Source: Chiloscyllium plagiosum (taxonomy: Eukaryota). Taken from it: a stretch of 62,628 nucleotides of DNA. The notes below the pieces were generated by a model. It was given only the letters and a program-made list of their open reading frames with translations. It had not been told where the DNA came from and searched no databases. The stretch is taken from assembly GCF_004010195.1 (NCBI RefSeq), contig NC_057718.1, forward strand, positions 66,750,590 to 66,813,217. Reading direction: 5' to 3'. Shown here in pieces: positions 37,155 through 49,067 of the stretch (positions are counted from its first letter, which is position 1; the number at the start of each line of letters is the position of its first letter). Made by a program: the position numbers and the translations under genes.

Positions 37155-39015
37155 AATATGTCATTGTCTACAGGAATAGTGCCAGAAGACTGGAAGATAG
37201 CAAATGTTGTTCCCTTGTTCAAGAAGGGGAGTAGTTTCAACCCTGGAAATTATAGAGCTGTGAGCCTTACTTTTGGTTGTGGGTAAAGTGTTGGGAAGGA
37301 TTATAAGAGATAGGATTTATAATAATCTAGAAAGGAATAAGTTGATTAGTGATAGTCAACACGGTTTTGTGAAGGGTAGGTCATGCCTCACAAACCTTAT
37401 TGAGCTCTTTGAAATGGTGACTAAACAGATGCATGAGGGTAAAGCAGTTGGTGTGGTGTATGTGGATTTCAGTAAGGAATTTGATAAGGTTCCCCATGGT
37501 AGGATATTGCACAAAATACGAAGGCATGGGATTGAGGGTGATTTGACAGTCTGGATCAGAAATTGGCTAGCTGAAAGAAGACAGAGGGTGGTGGTTGATG
37601 GGAAATGGTCATCCTGGAGTTCAGTTACCAACAGGATACCGCAAAAACATCTTATAGGTCCACTGTTGTTTGTCATTTTTATAAGTGACCTGGATGAGGG
37701 CATAGAAGGTTGGGTTAGTAAATTTGCAGATGACACGAAGGTCGGTGAGTTGTGGATAGTGACGAAGGACGTTGCAGTTTCCAGTGGGACATGGATAAGC
37801 TGCAGAGCTGGGCTGAGAGTTGGCAAATGGAATTTAATATGGAAAAGTGTGAAATGATTCATGTTGAGAGGAGTAACAGGAATGCAGAGTACTGGGCTAA
37901 TGGTAAGATTCTTGGTACTGTAGGTGAGCAGAGAGTTCTCGGTGTCCAGGTACATAGATCATTGAAAGTTGCCACCCAGTTTGATACGGTTTTTAAGAAG
38001 GCATACAGTGTGTTAGCTTTTATTGGTAGAGGGATTGAGTTTCGGAACTATGAGATCATGCTGCAGCTGTACAAAACTCTGGTGCGGCCACATGTAGAGT
38101 ATTGCGAACAGTTCTGGTCACCACATTATAGGAAGGTTGTGGAAGTTTTGGAAAGGGTTCAGGGGAGATTTACTAGGATGTTGCCTGGTATGGAGGGAAG
38201 GTCTTATGAGGAAAGGCTGAGGGACTTGAGGCTGTTTTCATGAGTGGAGAAGGTTGAGAGGTGACTTAGAGTCATAGAGTCATAGAGATGTACAGCATGG
38301 AAACAGACCCTTTGGTGACCAGTCCATGCTGATCAGCTATCCCAACCCAATCTAGTCCCACCTGCCAGCACCTGGCCCATATCCCTCCAAACCCTTCCTA
38401 TTCATATACCCATCCAAATGCCCCTTAAATTTTGCAATTGTACCAGCTTCCACCACTTTCTCTGGCAGCTCACCACCCTTTGTGTGAAAAAGTTGCCCCG
38501 TAGGTCTCTTTTATATCTTTCCCCTCTCACCCTAAACCCAAGCTCTCTAGTTCTGGACTCCATGACCCCAGGGAAAAGACTTTGCCTATTTACCCTATCC
38601 ATGCCCCTCATGATTTTGTAAACCGCTATAAGGTCACCCCTCAGCTTCCGAAGCTCCAGGGAAACAGCCCCAGCCGAGATATATAAGATAGTCAGAGGGT
38701 TAGATAGGTTGGACAGTGAGAGCCTTTTGGATGGTGATGGTTAGCACGAAGGGACATAGCTTTAAATTGAGGGGTGATAGATATAGGACAGATGTCAGAG
38801 GCAGTTTCTTTACTCAGAGAGTAGTAGGGGCGTAGAACGTACTGCCTGCATCAGTAGTAGACTCACCAACTTTAAGGGCATTTAAATGGTCATTAGATAA
38901 ATATATGGATGATAATGGAATAGTGTAGGTTAAATGGGCTTTAGATTGGTTTCACAGGTTGGTGCAACATTGAGGGCAGAACGGCTGTACTGCATTGTAT
39001 TGTTCTATGTTCTAT
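37155..39015 (+). mobile_element. CR1 LINE with nested antisense CR1 3' end (38268-38674)
   Basis: QHGFVKGRSCLTNL, KFADDTKVG, RPHVEYCEQFWSPHY; (tgttcta)n tail. Confidence 0.93.
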
Positions 39016-39324
39016 AACTAATACTTTCTAGTCCAAGCAATGTCTTGGTTAATCTCCTCGATACTCTCTCCTGTGCAATCACATCTCTCCTATAATGTGG
39101 ATTCCAGAACTGCACACAATACTCTAGCTGTGGTCTAACCAACATTTTGTACAGTTCCAGAACAACTTTGTTGCTCTTAAACTCTATGTTTTGGCTAATA
39201 AAGGCAAGTGTATCATATGCCTTCTTAATCCACTTTATCCACCTGTCCTGATACCTTATGGGACTGATGGATATGTACGCCAAGGGCGCTCTAATCTTTG
39301 GTACACCTTGGATTGTGACCATTC

Positions 39325-39997
39325 ATCATGAAAAAGAAGCGGAGTGGAGTGCAAGCCCCTGCCTGCATCAGTGGAACTGAGGTGGAGATGGTGAAGAGCG
39401 TTAAGTTCCTAGGAGCGAAGATCACCAACAATCTGTCCTCGTCCATGCCGATGCAATGGTCAAGAATGCACATCTCTACTTCTCCAGGAAGTTAATCAAA
39501 TTTGGCATATGCACAAGGACTCTCACCAATTTTTACAGATACACCATTGAAAGCATCTTATCTGGATGCATCACTGCAACTATTCATCCCAAGATTGCAA
39601 GAAACTACAGAGTCGCGAACATAGTCTAGTCCATCACGCAAACCAGTCTTCCATCCATTGACTCCATCTGCTCTTGAAAGCAACCAACATAATCAAAAAA
39701 TGTCTTATACTCCAGTTATACACTCTTCCACCCTCTTCCATTGGGTAAAATATATAAAAGTTTGAATACACTTATGAACAGATTCAAGTACAGCTTATTC
39801 TCGCTGTTATTAGACTTTTGAACAGATCTCTCAAATGTCAATTTTGATCTCTCAATCTGCACCTTCTCTGCAGCTATATCACTGTACTCTGCACCCAGTT
39901 CAGCTACCTGATGCACTTATAATACGATCTGCCTACTAGCACGCTTAACAACACTTTTCACTGTATCTTGGTACACATGATAACAATAAATCAAATG
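39325..39997 (+). mobile_element. Rex1/Babar-like LINE fragment inside an old minus-strand CR1
   Basis: FYRYTIESILSGCIT... segment; aaatc tail. Confidence 0.75.
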
Positions 39998-41693
39998 CAA
40001 ACTATAGTTGCCTGTCTTTGACCCTCTACCTTTTTGAGTAAGTGTGTTATATTGGCAGTTTTCCATCTTCTGGACTTTTCAAGAATCAAAGAATTCATGG
40101 AAGATTACTACCAGTGCATTTGATATCTCTGTAGCTACTTTCTTTAATACCCCAGGATAAGTAAAGGCAAAGTCGCCATTCTTTGCCAGTTCATAGGGCT
40201 GCTCTCCCATTAGAATGAGAAGATTGGTGGTGGTTTAACCTGAGGGTCACCACACCTCTGCATTGCCAACCAGCCCTCCAGCCAACTGGCCCTCATCCTA
40301 GGAGGCATTAATTTCCTTAGCATCGATGGCCTAGTAATGTTATCATGACACTATTAATCCAGAGACTGAGGTACTGTTTTGGGGATTTAGGTTTGAACCC
40401 CATGATGGCAGATGATGGAACTTGAATTCAATACAAATCTTAAATTAAAAATCTAAAGATGGTCAATGTTGATTGTTAGGGAAAAATCTATCTGGTTTGT
40501 CCTTTAGGGAAGCAAATCTGCTGTACTTACTTACCTGGTCAGGTCTACATGAGACTCCAGACCCATTGCAATATGGTCTATTCTTAACTGACCTGATGGC
40601 AATAAATGCTTTCATTCTGGTAATGGTTATTCTATTTATTTCCTGCCCTTTGGTTTAGTATTTTTGGAATGCTATTAGTGTCCTCTACCATGAAGACAAG
40701 TATCCGCTTATAATACATATCAAGCAACTCATAATGAAAGGAAAAATAGTACATGATGGTTATAGGAAAATAACACAATTTAGATAAATTCAATATCACC
40801 AGGATTGTAGAAGGGTACCAGGATGTTAAAGTTAAATTAAATATAGCAAGAGACAAGAAGGATAATAATACAAAGTTCTTAGTTATGTTAAGAGAAAAAG
40901 AAAAATAAGGCGTGGAGTGAGGTCAGCAAAAGTGAGATAAGGTGAGGATAATAGCATATAATGCTGTCATATAGTAGGTGCAAAAATACTAAATAACATT
41001 TTTGCTGCATTCCTCATCAAAAAAGACCAATAACTTATGTGTTATCGGAAAGATTCTGTGGAACAAAGAAGACAAAGACATATATTTATATGTTATATTT
41101 CAAATATGTTATATTTCAAATGTTATATGAACCATCCCAAAGCAATTTTGAAGTGTTGAGCCTGTTATAATGTGGAGTAGGGATAGGTTGAGTTACATTG
41201 TATATCACTACCAGCATGGTCACTGAACTGCTATATACATTAAAGTAAATGAATCTTTGGATAAGATGCATTGAAGGATCCATAAGAAAATATGGACGAA
41301 ATTTAGAGGAACTCTCATTCCAAGACTTCTAGAAATCATTGGATAGAAGCATATGGGAACTGTAAAAAGGCAAATACTACTCTGGAAAAGGAAACGATGT
41401 GGGCAATGGGGGAGCCTGGTTACAAAATATTAAAGCTATATTTGCAAGACTACTTAACTGCTTTCATGATTGTTCTGGATCCATGCTAGCAGTAATAGGA
41501 ATCACACCTCAACATTATCTACACTCCTACATTGCAGTAGAGACATGCCAAAAGTAATTCATTAACTGTACTGTGCTTTGGAATATTCGTGGTCAAGGAA
41601 GGTGCCATATAGATGCAAGTCTTTCTTTCCTTTCTTCTGTAACATTATCTACTTTCTTATATGTAGATTCTTGAAATTTTTCTTTACTGGTAG

Positions 41694-42318
41694 TTCCAGT
41701 GCAGCTACACTGGCACCACCACCACCCACCTTTTCCTCCGCTACATCGATGACTGTATCGGCGCTACCTCGTGCTCCCACGAGGAGGTTGAACAGTTCAT
41801 CCACTTTACTAACACCTTCCACCCTGACCTCAAATTTACCTGGACCATCTCAGACTCCTCCCTCCCCTTCCTTGACCTCTCCATTTCTATCTCGGGCGAC
41901 AGACTCAACACGAACATTTACTATAAACCGACCGACTCCCACAGCTACCTAGATTACACCTCCTCCCACCCTGCCCCCTGTAAAAACGCCATCCCATATT
42001 CCCAATTCCTTCGCCTNNNNNNNNNNNNNNNNNNNNNNNNNNNNNNNNNNNNNNNNNNNNNNNNNNNNNNNNNNNNNNNNNNNNNNNNNNNNNNNNNNNN
42101 NNNNNNNNNNNNNNNNNNNNNNNNNNNNNNNNNNNNNNNNNNNNNNNNNNNNNNNNNNNNNNNNNNNNNNNNNNNNNNNNNGGCACCTTCCCCTGCAACA
42201 AACTTGCGCCCACACCTCGCCCCTCAACTCCCTCCAAGGCCCCAAGGGATCCTTCCATATCCATCACAAATTCACCTGCACCTCCATACACATCATTTAC
42301 TGCATCCGCTGCACCCAA
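41694..42318 (+). mobile_element. Young Penelope-like family A fragment (RT and start of GIY-YIG) spanning the N gap
   Basis: HLFLRYIDDCIG (YIDD 41742-41753)...FLDLSI...YYKPTDSHSYLDYTSSHP; after the gap GTFPC...IIYCIRC. Confidence 0.9.
42017..42181. other. Assembly gap (165 N)
   Basis: Run of n. Confidence 1.
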
Positions 42319-43244
42319 TTAAGTAGTCTTGCAAATATAGCTTCAATATTTTGTAAACCAGGCTCCCCCATTGCCCACATCGTTTCCTTTTCCAGAGTAG
42401 TATTTTCCTACAGTAATTTCTTTGTATCCTCAAGGGATCAGTTCCTGAATGATGAAATTCACAAGTGCAGAGCTTATCAAAAATAGGCTAAAATGGTTAA
42501 AAATATTGTGGATTTTTGCCAGTTGATGTTGAGTTTTGTAATTACATTTTTTTGTATACATAAGCAAATTTGCAATTCTTGATTTTGTGGATATAGAGGA
42601 TTTACTGCAAATTGTAATAACTTGATGAAACCACAAAAAACACAATCCAACAAGTATGAAGTTGTAAATGCTCACTATTTGAGTCTTCCTAGTTCACATA
42701 TCTTCACAAAATATTATTAACATACGTTACCCATTTTGGGTTTGATCGTTCTGTATGGTGTTAGGAAAAATGTGACAAGGAAACTTCAAAAAAATTTCAA
42801 AAAACAAAATGGTAGTTAACTGAATGTTAAAAGAACCTTAAGATATGGAAGATATTCATTACATAATGTACTTTATTTCCTGGACTATAAACTGCAAGTC
42901 TGCCAAGTTGTGTACTGGACTGTTTGTACATGGGTATTAATTGTTGGGCTACATTTATGGCCAATACCATAACTAGGTGGAGCACCGCAGCTACGAGTAA
43001 CAATTCAATTAACATACAATTCTCTTTTTAAAGTGTATGTTGACCTGGCAGCCATCTCTCACTTTCGGCTGTGTGGTGTTGGAAGGCAAAATCCACACTT
43101 AAAAACATCTTTGAAGAAGAATAATGATCAGCGATTCAGAGTAGGGCGTGAGGCAAAGATGTGTCATTGATTACACATGATACAAACATCACTGGCAAAT
43201 TCCCAAGGAACTAAGCATTTTTGCCCTCAACTTCTGCTGCAGAC

Positions 43245-45277
43245 ATCTGAGCATTAAAGCGAGCCTATGTGTGGAACCACAGGAGATAGGGAAGATACTA
43301 AACAAGTACTTTGCATCAGTATTTCCTGTGGAGAAGGACATGGAAGATAGAAAACTTAAGGAAATAAATAGTGACATCTTGAAAAATATTCATTTACAGA
43401 GGAGGAGGTGCTGTATGTCTTGAAATACATAAAAGTGGATAAATCCCCAAGGACCTGATCAGGTGTACCCTAGAACACCATGGGAAGTGATTGCTGGGCC
43501 CCTTGCTGAGATATTTGAATCATCAATAGTCACAGGTGAGTTGCCAGAAAACTTGGCTAACTTGGTGCCACTATTTAAGAAAGGTGATAAGGACAAGCCA
43601 GAGAACTATAGACCCGTGAGCCTGACATTGATGGTGGGCAAGCTGTTGGAAGGAATCCTGAGGGACAGGATTTATATGTATTTGGATGGGCAGGGACTTA
43701 TTAAGGGTAGTCAACATGGCTTTGTGTGTGGAAAATCATGTGTCATGAACTTGATTGAATGGTTGTAGAAGTAACAAATTGGATTAATGAGTGCAGAGCG
43801 GTGGACGTGATCTATATGGACTTTAGTAAGGCATTCAACAAGGTTCCTCATGGTAGGCTGGTTAGCAAGATTAGATCTTGTGGAATACAGGGAGAACTAG
43901 CCATTAGGATACAGAACTGGATTGAAGGTAGAAGACAGAAAGTGGTGATGGGTTGTCTTTCAGACTGGAGACCTTGTGACCAGTAGTGTACCACAGGGAT
44001 CAGTGCTGGGTCCACTGCCTGTTATCATTTATATTAATGGTTTGGATGTGAACATGGGAGGTGTAGTTAGTAAGTTTGCAGATGACATCAAAATTGAAGG
44101 TGTGGTGGACAGCAAAGATTACCTCACAGTACAATGGGATCTTGATCAGATGGATCAACTGGCTGAGGAATCGCAGATGGAGTTTAATTTAGATACATGT
44201 GAGGTGGTGCATTTTGGAAGCGTAAATCAGAGCCGGACTTATACACTTTAATGGTAAGGTCCTGGGAGTGTTGCTGAACAAAGAGACATTGGAGTGCAGG
44301 TTCATAGTTTCTTGAAAGTGGAGTCACAGGTAGAAAGGATAGTGGAGAAGACATTTGGCATGCATTCCTTTATTGGTCAGAGCATCGAGTACAGGAGTTG
44401 GGAGGTCATGTTGCAACTGGCCACTTTTGGAATATTGTGTGAAGTTCTGGTCTCCCTTCTATTGGAAGATTGTTGTGAAAGTGGAAAGGGTTCAGAAAAG
44501 ACTTACAAGGATGTTGCCAGGTTTGGAGGATTTGAGCTATAAGGAGAGGCTGAATAGGCTGGAGCTGCTCTCCCTGGCGCGTTGGAAGCTGAGGGGTGAC
44601 CTTATAGAAGTTTATAAAATAATGAGGGGCATGGATAGGTCTTTTCCCTGGGGTGGGTAGTCCAAAATTAGAGGGCATAGATTTAGGGGGATAGAGGAAA
44701 AGTTTAAAAGGGACCTAAGGGCCAACTTTTTCATGCAGAGGTTGGTGCATGTGTGGAATGAGCTGCCAGAGGAAGTGGTGGAGGCTAGCACAATTGCAAC
44801 AGTTAAAAGGCATCTGGATGGGTATATGAATAGGAAAGGTTTAGAGGGATCGGGGCCAAGTACTGGCAAGTAGGACTAGATTGGGCGGCACGGTGGCACA
44901 GCGGTTAGCACTGCTGCCTCACAGCGCCAGAGACCCGGGTTCAATTCCCACCTCAGGCAACTGACTGTGTGGAGTTTGCACGTTCTCCCCGTGTCTGTGT
45001 GGGTTTCCTCCGGGTGCTCCGGTTTCCTCCCACCGTCCAAAGATGTGCAGGGTCAGGTGAATTGGCCATACTAAATTGCCCGTAGTGTTAGGTAAGGTGT
45101 AAATGTAGGGGTATGGGTGGGTTTCGCTTCGGCGGGTCGGTGTGGACTTGTTGGGCCGAAGGGCCTGTTTCCACACTGTAATCTAATCTGATCTAATTAG
45201 GTTAGGATATTTAGTCAGCATGGACTAGTTGGACCGAAGGATCTGTTTCTGTGTTGTGCATCTCTGTGACTCTATGA
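43245..45277 (+). mobile_element. CR1 LINE, 5'-truncated, with HE1 inserted in its 3'UTR
   Basis: NYRPVSLT, QHGFV, DFSKAFNKVPH, KFADD. Confidence 0.93.
44883..45196 (+). mobile_element. HE1-type V-SINE, young
   Basis: Full-length; gggcggcacggtggcacagcggttagc...(taatc)n. Confidence 0.95.
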
Positions 45278-45420
45278 ATTAATGTAAGGAATATTACAGT
45301 TGACTTTGAGGAAGGCGAACATGAATGAGGTGAGTCTGACAGTTATCTATCCCCAACTCCTGTCAATTAACTTTGTGGATGTACACATGCGTGAGCAACT
45401 GAACATGCTCAGATGGAGCA

Positions 45421-45645
45421 TACAAAGTTAAAAATCACACAGCACCAGGTTATAGTCCAACAGGTTTAATTGGAAGCACACTAACTTTCGGAGCGACGCT
45501 TCTTCATCAGGTGGTATTACCAGCTGATGAAGGAGCATCGCTCCGAAAGCTAGTGTGCTTCCAATTAAACCTGTTGGACTATAACCTGGTGTGTGATTTT
45601 TAACTTTGTACACCCCAGTCCAACACCGGCATCTCCAAATCATGA
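45421..45645. mobile_element. Family B Penelope terminal palindrome with back-to-back hammerhead ribozyme motifs
   Basis: Arms 45421-45510 and 45524-45610; TSD cagatgga(g/t)cat at 45410-45421 and 45646-45657. Confidence 0.85.
45521..45555 (+). ncRNA. Minimal type-I hammerhead ribozyme motif
   Basis: CTGATGA-A-GGAGC-ATC-GCTCC-GAAA-GC-TA; palindromic AGCT in place of helix III. Mirror copy on minus at 45478-45513. Confidence 0.7.
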
Positions 45646-45989
45646 CAGATGGATCATGGTGGCCATTTTTGCACTGGGAACATGCATGCTGATATTAGTC
45701 ATACATTTTGTTGAAGCACCTCAGAACAACAATTGCAACCAATTATTATAAACGTTGTTGAACAATTATTCCAATGGAATTTTTATATGTTGTAAAACAT
45801 TGTTTTATTGTCCTATTATCTTCTACATATACCTGTATGTACATATCAAATGTTTGGACCACACTGTTCATTGCTATTATAAAATATGTTTGCCCTTTGG
45901 CAAGTTGTCCACTGTGAACGGTGGAACTTTAAACACCTTGTCGGGAGGAGTGTATGGTGACCATGAAAATATGGATGTCAGGCATCAGG

Positions 45990-46264
45990 TCAATTTTTGT
46001 TACGTCACCAACGGTTGCGGCTATTTGAATGAGAGCCATTGTTAGCGAGGGGCCACAGTCCGCCATTCTCCAAGTAACCGTGCTCGAGGAGGCGACAGTT
46101 AGTCTGGGCGTAACCAACAGGCAAAATATTACCCTTTCTCTTATGATCCGTATTCTGGAAGATAGAGCGCGATTTTGAATTCTTTCCTCGTAGGAAAGGG
46201 AACGAATTCAAAGTAGGTAGTGTTGTTCAGCAGCAAAGTTTGCTGTTTTTTTGCATTTGTTCAG
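45990..46264 (+). promoter_or_regulatory. CpG-rich promoter/5' region of the HCN-like gene
   Basis: Local CpG enrichment in non-repeat DNA. TTACGTCA (CRE-like) 46000-46007, CAACGG 46009-46014 and TAACCG 46075-46080 (MYB-like), TTTGAA 46024 and 46174 (CHR-like), CCGCCATT (YY1) 46060-46067. Confidence 0.6.
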
Positions 46265-46509
46265 ATGGAGGACACTTCGCAAAATGTTCTTAAAAAAAAT
46301 AAAGTTGAGCCAGCAGCAACGACGTTTCTGCTAAACGAAACCTTGAAAGGACGCAGTTTGGGAAAAGCTCGACTGGCCATTCCAGATATCCGTCCTGGGC
46401 TCCGCACGGGATCTGCCGCCTTCCACGGTAGCAAGGCGGCAATGCACAAAGATTACATGAAAGCAATACAAACCGATGAGTTTGCTATCCACCCTTACAG
46501 TACGTTTAG
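46265..46509 (+). CDS. First coding exon of a divergent HCN-like cyclic-nucleotide-gated channel (HCN domain; candidate HCNL family)
   Basis: Encodes MEDTSQNV...IRPGLRTGSAAFHGSKAAMHKDYMKAIQTDEFAIHPYSTF(R). The last 41 aa align without gaps to the recalled HCN1-4 segment [41 protein letters not shown]. Ends TTT AG|gtaaga, the phase-2 intron position of HCN exon 1. Lies in the CpG-rich segment. Confidence 0.8.
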
Positions 46510-46819
46510 GTAAGAGTCTTAAGACCAGTCCAAATGCTTATTTAAAGGCTGAAGAGTTCTAATATGGCGAATGAACAACTGGGAAGAACTGACTATTATT
46601 GAATAGAACAAAAGGCTACTTTGACTTTTTATTATAATGTCACGATGTAACTTATAAAAACACTCACACCGAAAAAACTGTGCTGTATCTCCCATCAACT
46701 GACAGCTGCATAAATTCATGTTTCATACAAAAGCCATCTAGTAGTGCTGGCCGATTGCCTGATTCTACGCTATACGTTTGATATACCTCACCTCAGGACT
46801 CTGGGACACAGGATAAAGT

Positions 46820-47240
46820 CATAGATGTCTGAGTTATATCTATGCACAGCATGCAAACAGACCCTTCAGTCCAACTCGCCCATGCCCACCAGATGTCCTA
46901 ATCCAACCTAGTCCCATTTGCCAGCACCTGGCCCATATCCCTCTTCCTATTCATATACCCATCCAGATGTCTTTTAAATGTTGTAATTGTACTAGCGTCC
47001 AGCACTTCCTCTGGCAGCTCATTCCACAGACCACCCTCTGCATGAAAAAGTTCCCCTTTACGTCCCTTTTAAATTTTTCCCCTCTCACCCTAAACTTGTG
47101 CTTCTAGTTCTGGACTCCGCCACCTCAGGGAAAAGACCTTGTCTATTTACCCTGTCCATGCTCCTCATGATTTTAGAAACCTCTATAAGGTCACCCTCCG
47201 CCTCCAATGCTCTAGGGAAAACAGCCTCAGCCTATTCAGC
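46820..47240 (-). mobile_element. CR1 LINE 3' fragment
   Basis: Reverse complement of CR1 C-terminus and tail. Confidence 0.85.
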
Positions 47241-47996
47241 TCTTTAGTCATGTTTGTTCCACTCTTCACCTTAATGAGAGTATGTTGGCCTTGCATTCAC
47301 ACTTCTTCGTTTTCGAATGACTCCCACTCATGTAGAATTTTCTACAAATACCTACTCCCAGTCTACTTTAGCCAGATCCTGTCTTCTCATGTTAAGATTA
47401 GCCTTACCCCAATTCGTAACTTTGCTTTCAGTCTATGTTTGTCCTTTGTGAAACAATCTTAAATTGTACAGAGTTATGGTCATTCTCACTGAAATGTTCC
47501 CCTGCTGACCTTTCTTCCATTTGCTCGGCTTCGTTTCCTAAAATTAGGTTCAGCAGTGCCCCTTGCCTTGTTGGACTTCCTACAGGCTGGCTCAAAACGC
47601 TGTCTTAAGAATTCCATCCTTCTGAGCCTTTTGCACTTTGTCTATTATAGTTAATATTGGTGAAGTTGAATTCCCTTATTACGTCATAATTTTTCTGAGA
47701 TTTACCTACATATCTGTCCTTTAATGTTTCCTTGATTATTTTGGGAGTCTATAATACTCTTCTAGAAATGTTTCCTGCCCTCCCCCCCCCCCCCATCCCT
47801 CCCGTTTTTTGCTTTGAAGTTCTATCCGTATGCCCTCATCTGAGGAAACTAGTGAAATATAATCCCTCCTTATCAGAGTAAATAATTCCTTGATCAGTAG
47901 TATGACATCACTTCGTCTTTTATACGGCTTCCACGTTCACCTCATATGAAGATTCGATATCCTAAAATATTGAGCTGCCAGTCCTGCATATCTTTC

Positions 47997-48683
47997 TGTA
48001 ATGTTAAAAAATTAAATTGTACTATCTCCCTGGACATTAATGTAATGTTAAAGAGTTAAACTGTACTGTCTTTCTCCAAGAAGCTGAACATTCTGGAAGT
48101 GGTTGGGGGCAACGTTCTGTATCACAGCATGCAAGAATGTGCATAACTATCCATTGTAATTCACACTTCATTTGGGCAGCCATATACTACTATTCTCCTG
48201 CTATTATCAAATTAAACTCTCATTCAGTCCCTTCCATTCAGAAATGCTTTCATATCCATCCCCAGCCAATGAAATTTGTTTGCATGATCGTCCCCCAATA
48301 CTGAAGCACATCACACCTACATTATCTAAGGGAACCACGGAGTCAGGAAATCGTTTGCATAACGATTCCCCAGGATTAGGGCATTTATATTTACATTATC
48401 TCCAAGGATGACCTTATCCTACCATTGCACCTAGCGTAACATGTGGTTATTGCGTGGGGAGGGAGGAATGGCCAGAGTACCTGTGAGCATTACCAACTGA
48501 CTTGAATAAAGGGGATGTGTTTTCTTTGTTCAGGGCCTCTTTTGACTCAACTTTGCATGCATGCGAAGAGTGTCAAAGGGGATCATCTAGCTTGTACAGG
48601 CTTTAATAAACTTTAGTTGTTTGCAGAAGTTGGTGTGTGCAAATTGCATCTCGTGTGTGAAATCTCGGGAAAAGAACCTAACA
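47997..48683 (+). mobile_element. Solo LTR (about 687 bp) inserted in an old minus-strand CR1
   Basis: TGTAA...TAACA termini; AATAAA at about 48605; tttc/cttc flanks; first ~35 bp duplicated at 48041; host resumes on both sides. Confidence 0.65.
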
Positions 48684-49067
48684 CTTCAGCCATATCTCCG
48701 TGACAGCAGTGGTCTCATATTCCAATGTATAAATCCATATTCTCAACACACCTGCTTTACTCACAAGATTCCCTGCATTCAGATAAATGCCATCTAGCCT
48801 TGCAATTCTCCCTTGCACCTTGACTGGATATGGTCTGTCTTCCAGATGGACTTGTTTATTTCCCTCTGTACCATATTCTATTCCCCAGCCAAAGTAGTTT
48901 AAGCCACACTAACAGCATGAGCAAATTCCACTTCACCCACAATGATATTGGTCTTGTCCCAGTTCAGATGCAACTTCCCTGGAGATTGATCTAGTGATCT
49001 GGGAATCTAAAGCCTCCTGTATCAGCTCTTCAGCCACACATTCACCAGCTGTACCCACCTATTCCGA

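Noticed and set aside
45929..46117. Minus-strand ORF (…MADCGPSLTMALIQ…) as first exon of a bidirectional partner gene
   Set aside because: AATGGCGG is explained by a YY1 site; no recognisable homology, strong donor or downstream exons.
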